This document shows, piece after piece, positions 29,244 through 39,446 of a stretch of DNA of 50,294 nucleotides (its first letter is position 1; every line of letters begins with the position of its first letter). The notes under the pieces were generated by a model, which did no database searches, had not been told where the DNA came from, and saw only the letters and a program-made list of their open reading frames with translations. This DNA comes from an uncultured Candidatus Saccharibacteria bacterium. GTDB taxonomy: Bacteria; Patescibacteriota; Saccharimonadia; Saccharimonadales; JAGQNJ01. The DNA lies in the NCBI GenBank assembly GCA_965231045.1, contig OZ246406.1, positions 1-50,294 on the forward strand, read 5' to 3'. Made by a program: the position numbers and the translations under genes.

Positions 29244-29388
29244 GGGAAAAGAGCAGAGAGGCTTGGCCTTTAGGCTCAGCTATGCTGACCGAACGATGAG
29301 AAAAACCGTAGGTTTGTCTCATTCTACTTTACAGATAAGAACTTATCTGTTAATCTCTATTGGTAACTAAATTTCTAAGAAGAGATCA

Positions 29389-29694
29389 ATGAAAAAAGCT
29401 GTAATTGCCACCGGTGGAAAACAATACCTTGTATCAGAAGGTGAAACTCTTGATGTAGAGCTACTTAAAACATCTGATAAAAAGGTTGATTTCAAGGCAC
29501 TCCTGACTATTGATGGCGATAAAGTGGATGTCGGTACGCCTGAGCTTACTGCTAAAGTAACTGCTGAAATCGTATCTCAAGAAGTAAAAGACGATAAAGT
29601 GACAGCTATTCGCTACAAATCAAAAAAGCGCGTCAAAAAAGTCCACGGTCATCGTCAACGACACACTCAAATTCGTATTACAAAAATTGGATAA
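29389..29694 (+). CDS. rplU: 50S ribosomal protein L21
   Basis: AVIATGGKQYLVSEG...GHRQRHT.IRI. Confidence 0.96.
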   Translation: MKKAVIATGGKQYLVSEGETLDVELLKTSDKKVDFKALLTIDGDKVDVGTPELTAKVTAEIVSQEVKDDKVTAIRYKSKKRVKKVHGHRQRHTQIRITKIG

Positions 29695-29748
29695 ATAGCT
29701 AACTTCTAGCTGTAGTAAAAGATTCCGGCTTCCGGTAGAATATATATC

Positions 29749-30606
29749 ATGCTAATGGTTGAGGGTAATAGGATGACCTCCAGGTCTGTAATTTCAACCT
29801 TTATTGCTAGTATTCTGCTAGTAGTTTTTAGTGTTCTGTATTTTGTTTCTATGCCAGCAAAAGCTATTAGCATATCACAAGGCTATAGCACTACTGATAA
29901 AGATCTACAGGTGAGTATGATTGCAGCACTAGCATCAGAAAGCAGTGACAACAAGCCAATCGTAGAGAGAGCTAGTGAAAATAACAGAGGTAAGGTTGTT
30001 GGTATAGTTACAACAATAGATTCCAGTTTATTAACACTAACCAATGCTGATGCGAAGGTCCATGTTGCTACATCTGGAGAGACAAATACATACGTAACAG
30101 ATCTTAACGGTAACATCAAAAAAGGTGATTTTATAGCCGTATCTCCACTTAAGGGAGTTGGCATGAAGGCCTCGGATACTGATAACTTCTTGGTTGGGGT
30201 GGCGCTTGATGATTTCTCTAGCAACAACGCTAAAACAGAACAGGTTCAGACTGTAGATGGCGGATCCCGTACAGTTTTAGTTAGCCAGATTAAAATAAAT
30301 GTCGCTCCTCAAGATCGAGGACAATCAGCGGCCAAACAAAAGCCGTTTCTAGTTCTATTTGGCCAATCTGTTAGCGGCAAATCAGTGTCTCAGACACAAG
30401 TAATAGTCGCGTTAATCATCTTTCTTATCCTTCTCATCGTAGAGGGATCAATTATATATGGTGCAATACACAGCACGATCATTTCTATAGGAAGGAATCC
30501 ACTGGCAAGGACGGCCTTATTCAAGCAACTATTACAAGTTTCATGGCTTGCGCTTGTGATACTGGTTTTTGGTCTTGGAACAATTTACGCAATACTCTGG
30601 ATATAA
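29749..30606 (+). CDS. Exported membrane protein with C-terminal helix-GRNP-helix hairpin (paralog 1)
   Basis: N-terminal signal/TM; DLNGNIKKGDFIAVSPLKGVGMKA domain; SIGRNPLA at 30484-30507 between two TM helices. Confidence 0.8.
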   Translation: MLMVEGNRMTSRSVISTFIASILLVVFSVLYFVSMPAKAISISQGYSTTDKDLQVSMIAALASESSDNKPIVERASENNRGKVVGIVTTIDSSLLTLTNADAKVHVATSGETNTYVTDLNGNIKKGDFIAVSPLKGVGMKASDTDNFLVGVALDDFSSNNAKTEQVQTVDGGSRTVLVSQIKINVAPQDRGQSAAKQKPFLVLFGQSVSGKSVSQTQVIVALIIFLILLIVEGSIIYGAIHSTIISIGRNPLARTALFKQLLQVSWLALVILVFGLGTIYAILWI

Positions 30607-30858
30607 GATTTCGTTGTAAAAATATACAAAACACAGTAATTAACAGGGAAGAAATGATAAGTATAGCTATTGATAATTTAACAACAGTAAATTGACAAAA
30701 TTTGCATAAATCGTAAACCTAAAAATGACCAAAAAAATCTGTGGATAACTTCGGTAATTTGTATACATTTTGTATACATTTTTCTTTAGTTAGCACCCCT
30801 ATTGGAGTAGAATTAAATTAAGGTATGCATAAGCAAAAAGCTTAGAACTACAAAAACC

Positions 30859-33800
30859 ATGGACAACCAATATCAAAATACCCAAAATCTGAGTACTAAT
30901 GTTACTCCTAACCAACAGGGGACCGGGGTTCCTTTGCCTAGCTCTGTGTTCGTACCTCAAGTTGCATCAAATGAGCAAGTAGTGACACCTGTTGAGGTAC
31001 CAGTGTTGCCAGAAGCAAGCTCTCTTGAACAGAGTCCAACCACTGCTCCAGGGTCAATTACTCCTCAGCCGGTAAACAGTAATCTCACTCCTCAGATTCC
31101 AGGCGACAGGCCTAATCCTCAGCCAAGTCTAGAGCCTACCCGTACTGGCATTAGCAAGAGGTTATTAATTATTGGCGGTATTGCTCTTGTAATTGTCTTG
31201 TTAGTTGTTCTTCTGGCGGGTTTAATCAGTAAAAAAAATGCAGCTAAGTTGCAGTCACCAGCACAGTCAGTAAGTGAGCAAGGAATAACACTTGGTAGTA
31301 GCACAACTGAAACACTTAATGTTCTCCAGCTTAAGGGTAGCCATGACAAATTGATTGTTAATGGCGACGTTATTAGCACTGGAAGGCTGACTATGGCCTC
31401 AGGTAGTTACTTCGGGCAATTTGTAACAAATAACTTATCCCAAAACAGAGAGTATTTATTGCCTGATGCTTCTGGCACAATATGTCTCGATGTTAACAAC
31501 TGTAACTTTGCTAAAGCTGGTGGGGTAGTCTCTTCGATTAATGGCGTGGCTGGTGCTATATCTGTTGGGTCAGGCTTAACAATACAGGGCAATACGATTA
31601 TTAACTCTCAGACTCCGACAACAGTTAACGGGTTTAATGGTAATGTCGTGGTTCAAGGAACCACTAATCAAGTATTAGTAAGTTCGGCTGGTGGAGTTAT
31701 TACTTTAGCTACTCCACAAGATATTGCCATTACTAGCAGCCCAACATTCTCTTCGATTAATATCTCTGGTAACACAACGACCATAAATAATATCGCTTAT
31801 ACCTGGCCAGTATCACAGGTGAACGGTGTACTTGTGAACGATGGAAGCGGCGGGCTTACTTGGTCAGCAATCGCAGCAGCTTGCCCAACATGTTTTGTTA
31901 ATGGTGGTAATAGTTTCGGTGGTAATGCGACCCTTGGTACAAACGACAACTTTAGCTTAGCTTTCGAGACTAACGGCATTAGCCGTGTATTTTTAGATAC
32001 AACTGGTAATGTGGGAATATCATCGGCGTCAAACGGAGCAAAACTGTATGTACCATATCAGACTGGCGATGTAGGTGGCACGGCATCTGCTTTCTTGTTC
32101 GCTGGGAACACCTTGGCTCAGTTTGGTGATAGTGCAAACACTAACAATAACTTAATAGCTGTCGATGGTGAAAGCTATAGTGGGGTAGGTGTTCAAGGTA
32201 TCTCGACTACTGGAATAGGTGTTGCTGGTTACAGCAATGGAAGTGGGGGTGGCTCTTTTTCTGCGGGAGTATTTGGTTATGATCCAAATTCAGGTGGGTC
32301 TGGAGTAATAGGCTTGGGCGGTTTATTTGGTGCTGGTGATGGAATTGGTGTGGCTGGGTATAGCGGAACAAGTTATGGTATTTTTGGCCAGTCATCCAAC
32401 GGAATTAGTGGATTTTTCCAGAGTACGTGTACGGGACTATTTGGTTGTTCTGGTTCATCGGCAATGCCAACACTGGTAACTAAGCAGTATAGTAGTTCCA
32501 CGACGGATTTGTTTCAGGCACGAGACTCAGCTGACAACGCACGGTTTGCCATTGGCTACAATGGTCATACTGGGATCGGCAACCTTAATAATGCAGCTAT
32601 TGATGACTGTTCACTTGTGCTCACTACTTGCTACGCAGATCTAAACATCCAAGAAGGTGTAACTGATTTTTCTAGAGCAAATAACTACGGGATAAATAAC
32701 TTTATGGTGCTTAGCCCAAGTGCTGACACGAGTAATGCCGTAGCAGGAATTAATAATAATATAGCAACAGATATAAATGCGTTTAATTACAGCACGATAA
32801 GGGGTAATCTTACTACCGTAGCTCATTCAGGTACTGGCGGAATTTCCTTTGCAGAAGCAAATCATCTAACAACCGTTAACTACAGTTCGGGTACTATAGC
32901 TTTTGCTAAAGGAACGCAGAGCGATGTTGTTAACGCTGGGTCTGGCAGCATTGGTTCTGCAACTGGCTTAGATGCTGATGCTTATAACTTCAGTACTGGT
33001 ACGATAGGCACGACTACAGGAATTGGGGTAAACAGTGGAAATCTTGGTAGCGGAGCTGTTACAACCAACTACGGGATAAATATTGCTACAGGATCAAGTG
33101 GTTCTGGAGGACTAACAGATAACTATGGCATAAACATTCAAACTGCTGCTCATACAGGAACAATTACAAACAACTATGGTTTGTATATTCAGGACCAATC
33201 AGCGGCTTCAGCAAATTCATACAACCTTTACTCAGCGGGAACAGGTACTAATTACTTTGGTGGTAACATAGTTGCGGCAACACTTGGGTCGGCCGATACA
33301 TCAACTTATCTTTGCCGTAACTCTTTAAACCAGATTGCAGCTTGTAATAGCACTGGTGCGGGAGCCGCTTTTGTCCAGGGTGGCAATAGTTTTGGGGCGA
33401 CGGCAACACTGGGCACAAACGACAATAATTCATTAAATATTCGAACAAATGGAACAACACGAATTGCTGTTGATACCTCCGGCGGCGTAACGGTTCGCAA
33501 TCAGCTGGCGGTTGGTTCGACAGCGAATATAACAAATAATACAACCTTAAGTATCGCTGAAACCTCTACGGCTACCAGCGGGAATATTTATGGTAGCAAT
33601 AACGTCTTAAACTACAATCCAAGTGGTGCGACAACGGCAGTTGTTTACGGTGGTGTTAATCAAATTACTACACCAGCCGGTAATGCCCAGAACATTTCGG
33701 CAATTGTCGGAGGCCAAAGTCGTGTTGATCATAGTGGCACAGGTACAGTTTCTAGCATATACGGACAGTATGGATATGTAGGCGGGATAAGTGGTTCTGG

Positions 33801-36800
33801 TGCCGTCACGACGGCAATAGGTAGTATTGGCCAAGTCGATAACTTTAGCTCCTCTACATACACCCAAACAGCAGGTCTGTATGGTATTGCAAAAAATGGT
33901 GCAGGAGGTTCAATTACCACTGCTTATGGTGTATTTGGTAACGTTGCTAACGGTTCCACAGGATCAATAGGCTCAGCATATAACTTCTCTAGTCTTCTAC
34001 AAAACGTTAATGCCGCAGGTACGATAACAACTGCAGCTGGGTTCTATGCTCAAAATCCTAGCAATGCCGGCACTATAACTACAAACTACGGTATATTAGT
34101 TGATCCACAAACAGCCGGTGTTAGTGACTACGGTGTTGCTATTGGTGCTGCCGACACCCAAACTCTTTGGGTTTCAAGCAATGCCGACAATACTACCGCG
34201 AGTGCTGGTATAGCTTTTGGCAGTTCGAGAGATACCAACTTATATCGTTCAGCCGCCGATACTTTACGTACTGATGATATGTTTTCACTCGGCACACTAG
34301 GCACAACAGATACGGCGACATATCTGTGTAGAAATAGCTCAAATATTTTGGCGGCTTGTTCTGGCACTTCAACTGGGTCAGCCTTTGTTCAGGGTGGCAA
34401 TGCATTCGGAGCTGCTGCAGTACTAGGTACTACTGACGCCAATGACTTACAGATAAAAGTTAACGGTACCAATACATTTACGTTTAATGCTGGCAGTGGT
34501 GGGTCATTCCAGTCGAATGGCTACCAGTTTAGAGGTTCAAGCACTCTTAACAATGCTAGTGCACCTGCTTATGCCTTTACTGGTGCAACCAACTCAGGAC
34601 TATTCAACCCATCAACTACTATTGTTGGCGTAGCAGTAGCTGGCTCAGAGGTAGCTCGCTTTAGTGGCTCTGCTCTTGAAGTTGCTTCAACTGGAGCGGT
34701 AGGGACTGTTGAAAAATTCCGGGTTAATACACCTACGACTGTTGATAACTCAGCTAACGCAGTTATTGCTACTTCAGCCACAACCAGCAAAGGTCTTGTT
34801 ATCCAGGGCGCCGCCAGCCAAACGGCAGACCTGCAACAGTGGCAAAATAGTGCTGGAACTGTTTTGTCGAGCGTCGGAAGCAATGGATTTGTGGGAATTG
34901 GTAAGGCCGCCGCCGCAGGCTATGCACTTTCGATTCGCCAGACAGGCACAGCCCAGGACATATTATTTGATAGAACCGATTCCAATGGGGTACGCATTGG
35001 TGCTTACTGGCAGACCGGTGCCGCCAATGGTGTGACCATCGAAGATTTAATCTCAAGTGTCACGAGTTCGCCGGGCGGCTACGGTATTCGCCTTGGTAAC
35101 GTCTTTAGCACCGGAATTACATCTGGTAACTATGATCAGGTTCGGATCATGACGAACAACTTCAACCCAGCTTCTGGCAGTTCACAATTCAACTACTTGG
35201 CCATCCAAGGTGGTGCGATTACTCAAACTGGCACGGCTAGCGGCATTACTAGGGGCATCCTCATTAACCCAACACTTACCTCGGCTGTCGACTTCCGTGG
35301 TATCGAAATCGCCAACGCCTCTGGTAAAGGCTTGTGGCAGACCGGTTCCTCAGTACCAAACTACTTTGCTGGCAACGTTGGTATTGGCTCATCGGGTACA
35401 GCTGGCACGGTTGAAAAGTTCCGGGTTAACACACCAACCACGGTTGATAATACCGCCGCTACCATCCTTTCGAGTGGTGCGACCACCAGTAAAGCCCTAG
35501 TTGTTCAAGGTGTAGCCAGTCAATCAGCTAACTTACAGGAGTGGCAAGATAGTACAGGGGCAACTAAGTTATATGTAGGCAAGACAGGTTCTTTTGGTGC
35601 AGTGACCATTGGGGCTGATGCAGCCACAAACAGTAGTGCATTAGTATTAAAATATGCTCAAACTCTTACTTATCTGACTGCCGCAGATAGTGGGAATAGC
35701 TCCCTCCTAACAATTGATAATACTGTTGACCCTACATGGAAGAATCTAATAGTAAAAGCAAAGGCTGCACAGACTGCTGATCTAGTGCAGTTCCAAAACT
35801 CAGCTGGGACAAACTTACTATCTGTTACTAGTGCAGGTGCTCTCCAGGGTAACAATGGTTCTGGCACTAACGTCGCTGGTAGTAACATAACTATCAATGG
35901 TGGCCAAGGTACTGGCACAGGCGTGGGTGGCAACATCGTCTTCCAGTACGCTCCGGGTGGTACGAGCGGCAGCAGCCTTAATGCGTTGCAAACGGCTTGT
36001 AGTATATCTGGTAGCACGGGTAGCTTGAGCTGCCCTGGTGCAGGCGCTAGCAGTGAACGGTTTGGAGCTGGGGCAACGGCAGCAGGTGCAAGTTCGGTGG
36101 CCCTGGGTAATGGTGCCTCAGCTCCTGCATCATCATCAATAGCAATTGGTTTGTCGGCAGTTACCCCAAGTTCTGGTGGTGTTGGGTCTGTCGCTATTGG
36201 TAATAGTGCCTCAGTAAGTGGTACCGGTGCCGGGTCGGTAGTTATTGGTTATACTGCCAGCTCGGCTGGTTCGGGAAACGTCATTATCGGTGCAACAGCA
36301 ACCGCCTCAGCGGCAACTTTCAATAACGCTGTGGCAATTGGTATTGGAGCCAGTACTAGTTTAAGGGGTACGGTTGTCGGTGCTGCCAGTGTAGTCGGCC
36401 AAGATGCCGTAGCTATCGGAAGTAATATTACCACCAATAATACGTGGTCGGTGGCAATTGGAGGGGGGGCAGCAACAGGCGGTACTTCGGCGATTGCCAT
36501 CGGTATCAGCGCTAGTGCGCCATCGGCTAACTCAATTGCTATTGGCGCTAATATGGCAACTACTGCAGGCGCCCAACTAGTGGTAGGTCCAATTACAACT
36601 GCCTATCTTGGTAACGGAGTTACTAATGCCACGCCAAACAGCATTAGTATCAATGCCACCGGCGGCTCCGGCACCAACATTGCTGGAGCCAGCCTGACCC
36701 TAGCTGGTGGCCGTGGCACCGGTACCGGTAACGGCGGTGACATTAATCTACAAGTTGCCAAGCCGGGAACTAGTGGATCATCGGCTAATAGTTTGGCGAC

Positions 36801-39429
36801 CGTAGCAACATTCAGTGGAATAAACGGTGCAGCAACCTTACAGAACTCTGCCGACTCAGCGACTGCACTTCAGGTTAAAAATGCTGCCGGCAGTACCACG
36901 GTACTCGATGTTGATACTACAAACACCCGAGTAGGTATTGGTACAAATGCGCCGGGTGCATTACTTGAATTAAGCCAGACCAACCAAGGCCCAAATTACG
37001 GATTACGCATAACTCAGAGTAGTGTTTCGGTAAATCAATACATTGGTTCAGGGGCATCATATTATCTGGATATTCCTACCAATACCAGATTTCAAATTGG
37101 AAACCCAGCAACTGGCACCGGTACGGGAGCTATTTATGCCGGTCGCTATTTGACACTTGCAACGTGGAATGGCAGTAACTTAGGTGGCGTGAAGCTGACT
37201 AATAATGGAACAGATGTTCTGACACTACAGGGATCCGACAATAATCTCTATTTTGGTAACGGGGTTACTAGTGCAACGCCAACCGGCCAGAAACTGATCG
37301 CCACCGGCGGCTCTGGCACCAACATTGCCGGCGCTAGCCTGACACTAGCAGGTGGTAAGGGTACTGGCACCGGAAATGGTGGGGATATCGTCTTCCAGTA
37401 CGCCCCAGCTGGCTCAACTGGTAGCACTGCTAACACGCTTACTACTGCCTGTACTATCTCTGGCACCAACGGTAGCTTGAGCTGTCCTGGGGCAGGCGGT
37501 AGCAGTGAACGATTTGGTGCAGGTAGTACAGCAGCAGGCGGCAATTCAACTGTCGTTGGGAATGCCGCCAGTGCTTCTACCAGTAGCGGTGTTTCTGTCG
37601 GCTATTCTGCATCTGCGGGTGGGACGTCTGGCTCGATTGCAATAGGAAGCTCAGCAAGCACAACAGTTACAGATGCGATTGCAATCGGTAGAAGTGCAAG
37701 TTCAACAGGGAGTGGTAACGTTGCACTCGGTGCGGCTGCAACAGCCGGATTTGGTTTAAGTACTGCTATAGGCGCCTCTGCTTCAGCAACAGGCAGTACA
37801 GCAATAGCTTTGGGCGCTAGCACATCCGCCGGCCTCAACTATTCAATAGCTCTCGGAGGCGGTGCGACAACAACGGCAGCAAACCAGTTAGTGATTGGCG
37901 GAAGTACAGCATTTATCAGTTCTGCTTATATAGGTAACGGTGTTACCAATGCTGCCCCACAAAACTTCACCCTCAATGCCACAGGTGGCTCGGGTACTAA
38001 CATTGCTGGTGCCAGCTTGACACTTGCTGGCGGACAAGGAACCGGTACAGGTGTGGGAGGGGCTATTAACTTCCAAACAAGTGCTGCTGGAGCTAGTGGT
38101 TCGTCACTTAACTCATTGAGCACTGTATTTAGCCTGGCAGCTGGTACAGGTGCTGCAACCTTCCAAAATACAGCCAACAGCACTACGGCACTTGTGGTGA
38201 AGGGTTCATCTGGTGCTACTAATCTTCTGCAGGTTGATACCAATGATGTTCGGGTTAAAGTAGGTTATGGGAGTACTGCGCCATCAAGTAGCTATGGTGT
38301 TCTACATGTGCTTAATAATACTGCTGGATCTGCTGACACGCTCGTAGCTGATAATAGCACCTCAACAGGTTCAATCATTGTCGGTAAAGACAATGGAACG
38401 GCTGTCTTTACTGTAGGAGATAACGGCGTAACAACTGTACAAACCAGCACAAACAATACAGCTGGGTTTGTAGTAAAAGACTCAGGTGGTACAAACAATG
38501 TTCTTGGTGTTGATACGACCAATGACAGGGTAGCTATAGGTACAGGCACAACTGCTCCAGCCTACACTTTAGATGTTCTATCAGGTGGTGCTGACGCTAC
38601 CACGGTTGCTCAGTTTAAGAATGCTGGTGCCACAAGTTGTACGGTTCAACCTGGTGGTACTGGCTTTGCGTGTAGCTCGGATGCAAGGCTAAAGACCAAT
38701 GTTGCCACCGTTATTAACCCTGAAGATACTATCAAGGCTTTGAGAGGTGTGACCTTTAACTGGATTACTGATCCAAACGGCCAAACGCACGCTGGCTTTA
38801 TAGCCCAAGAACTTGAACAGGTGATCCCTAGTGCCGTATCAACTGATAGCAACGGCTATAAGGTGGCAAATTACAGTGAGGTTATCCCTTATCTAGTTGG
38901 CACGGCTCAATATCAAGATACTCAGATTACTGGTTTGCAACAGGGGCAAGTTAACTTACAGCAAACTCAAACGGCAAGCAATACTAGTCTTGCAAGCTTA
39001 GAGGGCAGGGTGAATACTCTAGAGCAGAAGGTATCAGCGCTTGAAGCTAACCAGGGTAACACTAACTTTGCTAGCCTAAACGTCTCTGGTCCAGCCACTA
39101 TCCAGACTCTAACAGTAACCGGCTCAGCTACAATCGCTAACCTAACTGTTACTGGTAACGCGACCATTGCGGGCAACCTAACTATCCAAGGCCATGTACT
39201 GGGTAATAGTGATACCAGGGGAACAATTACCATGCCTGCCGGTCAAACCCAGTACAAGTTTACCTTTGTTAAACCTTACGCTAGTGGTAGCAAACCAGTT
39301 GTAATCCTAACGCCAAGCAATACATTTGCTCCAAGCTATAGAGTGGATGGCACGGATACAGACTTTACCATATACTTCGAGACGCCAGCCCCAACGGATG
39401 TGATTATGAACTACCAGGTGCAGCAGTAA
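30859..39429 (+). CDS. Giant (2856 aa) membrane-anchored fibre/adhesin with YadA-like head repeats and peptidase S74 chaperone
   Basis: Pro-rich N-terminus, single TM near aa 103-122, G/S/T/A/N-rich repeats (SVALG/SIAIG), SDARLK...GFIAQELEQVIP at about 38677-38900, then coiled coil and a terminal beta domain. Confidence 0.88.
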   Translation: MDNQYQNTQNLSTNVTPNQQGTGVPLPSSVFVPQVASNEQVVTPVEVPVLPEASSLEQSPTTAPGSITPQPVNSNLTPQIPGDRPNPQPSLEPTRTGISKRLLIIGGIALVIVLLVVLLAGLISKKNAAKLQSPAQSVSEQGITLGSSTTETLNVLQLKGSHDKLIVNGDVISTGRLTMASGSYFGQFVTNNLSQNREYLLPDASGTICLDVNNCNFAKAGGVVSSINGVAGAISVGSGLTIQGNTIINSQTPTTVNGFNGNVVVQGTTNQVLVSSAGGVITLATPQDIAITSSPTFSSINISGNTTTINNIAYTWPVSQVNGVLVNDGSGGLTWSAIAAACPTCFVNGGNSFGGNATLGTNDNFSLAFETNGISRVFLDTTGNVGISSASNGAKLYVPYQTGDVGGTASAFLFAGNTLAQFGDSANTNNNLIAVDGESYSGVGVQGISTTGIGVAGYSNGSGGGSFSAGVFGYDPNSGGSGVIGLGGLFGAGDGIGVAGYSGTSYGIFGQSSNGISGFFQSTCTGLFGCSGSSAMPTLVTKQYSSSTTDLFQARDSADNARFAIGYNGHTGIGNLNNAAIDDCSLVLTTCYADLNIQEGVTDFSRANNYGINNFMVLSPSADTSNAVAGINNNIATDINAFNYSTIRGNLTTVAHSGTGGISFAEANHLTTVNYSSGTIAFAKGTQSDVVNAGSGSIGSATGLDADAYNFSTGTIGTTTGIGVNSGNLGSGAVTTNYGINIATGSSGSGGLTDNYGINIQTAAHTGTITNNYGLYIQDQSAASANSYNLYSAGTGTNYFGGNIVAATLGSADTSTYLCRNSLNQIAACNSTGAGAAFVQGGNSFGATATLGTNDNNSLNIRTNGTTRIAVDTSGGVTVRNQLAVGSTANITNNTTLSIAETSTATSGNIYGSNNVLNYNPSGATTAVVYGGVNQITTPAGNAQNISAIVGGQSRVDHSGTGTVSSIYGQYGYVGGISGSGAVTTAIGSIGQVDNFSSSTYTQTAGLYGIAKNGAGGSITTAYGVFGNVANGSTGSIGSAYNFSSLLQNVNAAGTITTAAGFYAQNPSNAGTITTNYGILVDPQTAGVSDYGVAIGAADTQTLWVSSNADNTTASAGIAFGSSRDTNLYRSAADTLRTDDMFSLGTLGTTDTATYLCRNSSNILAACSGTSTGSAFVQGGNAFGAAAVLGTTDANDLQIKVNGTNTFTFNAGSGGSFQSNGYQFRGSSTLNNASAPAYAFTGATNSGLFNPSTTIVGVAVAGSEVARFSGSALEVASTGAVGTVEKFRVNTPTTVDNSANAVIATSATTSKGLVIQGAASQTADLQQWQNSAGTVLSSVGSNGFVGIGKAAAAGYALSIRQTGTAQDILFDRTDSNGVRIGAYWQTGAANGVTIEDLISSVTSSPGGYGIRLGNVFSTGITSGNYDQVRIMTNNFNPASGSSQFNYLAIQGGAITQTGTASGITRGILINPTLTSAVDFRGIEIANASGKGLWQTGSSVPNYFAGNVGIGSSGTAGTVEKFRVNTPTTVDNTAATILSSGATTSKALVVQGVASQSANLQEWQDSTGATKLYVGKTGSFGAVTIGADAATNSSALVLKYAQTLTYLTAADSGNSSLLTIDNTVDPTWKNLIVKAKAAQTADLVQFQNSAGTNLLSVTSAGALQGNNGSGTNVAGSNITINGGQGTGTGVGGNIVFQYAPGGTSGSSLNALQTACSISGSTGSLSCPGAGASSERFGAGATAAGASSVALGNGASAPASSSIAIGLSAVTPSSGGVGSVAIGNSASVSGTGAGSVVIGYTASSAGSGNVIIGATATASAATFNNAVAIGIGASTSLRGTVVGAASVVGQDAVAIGSNITTNNTWSVAIGGGAATGGTSAIAIGISASAPSANSIAIGANMATTAGAQLVVGPITTAYLGNGVTNATPNSISINATGGSGTNIAGASLTLAGGRGTGTGNGGDINLQVAKPGTSGSSANSLATVATFSGINGAATLQNSADSATALQVKNAAGSTTVLDVDTTNTRVGIGTNAPGALLELSQTNQGPNYGLRITQSSVSVNQYIGSGASYYLDIPTNTRFQIGNPATGTGTGAIYAGRYLTLATWNGSNLGGVKLTNNGTDVLTLQGSDNNLYFGNGVTSATPTGQKLIATGGSGTNIAGASLTLAGGKGTGTGNGGDIVFQYAPAGSTGSTANTLTTACTISGTNGSLSCPGAGGSSERFGAGSTAAGGNSTVVGNAASASTSSGVSVGYSASAGGTSGSIAIGSSASTTVTDAIAIGRSASSTGSGNVALGAAATAGFGLSTAIGASASATGSTAIALGASTSAGLNYSIALGGGATTTAANQLVIGGSTAFISSAYIGNGVTNAAPQNFTLNATGGSGTNIAGASLTLAGGQGTGTGVGGAINFQTSAAGASGSSLNSLSTVFSLAAGTGAATFQNTANSTTALVVKGSSGATNLLQVDTNDVRVKVGYGSTAPSSSYGVLHVLNNTAGSADTLVADNSTSTGSIIVGKDNGTAVFTVGDNGVTTVQTSTNNTAGFVVKDSGGTNNVLGVDTTNDRVAIGTGTTAPAYTLDVLSGGADATTVAQFKNAGATSCTVQPGGTGFACSSDARLKTNVATVINPEDTIKALRGVTFNWITDPNGQTHAGFIAQELEQVIPSAVSTDSNGYKVANYSEVIPYLVGTAQYQDTQITGLQQGQVNLQQTQTASNTSLASLEGRVNTLEQKVSALEANQGNTNFASLNVSGPATIQTLTVTGSATIANLTVTGNATIAGNLTIQGHVLGNSDTRGTITMPAGQTQYKFTFVKPYASGSKPVVILTPSNTFAPSYRVDGTDTDFTIYFETPAPTDVIMNYQVQQ

Positions 39430-39446
39430 GCTGCTATACTGCCGGC

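Noticed and set aside
30607-30858. oriC
   Set aside because: Only one perfect DnaA box, and no dnaA/dnaN/gyrB context.
30859-39429. Prophage tail gene
   Set aside because: N-terminal TM anchor, and no terminase, capsid, portal or integrase genes nearby.
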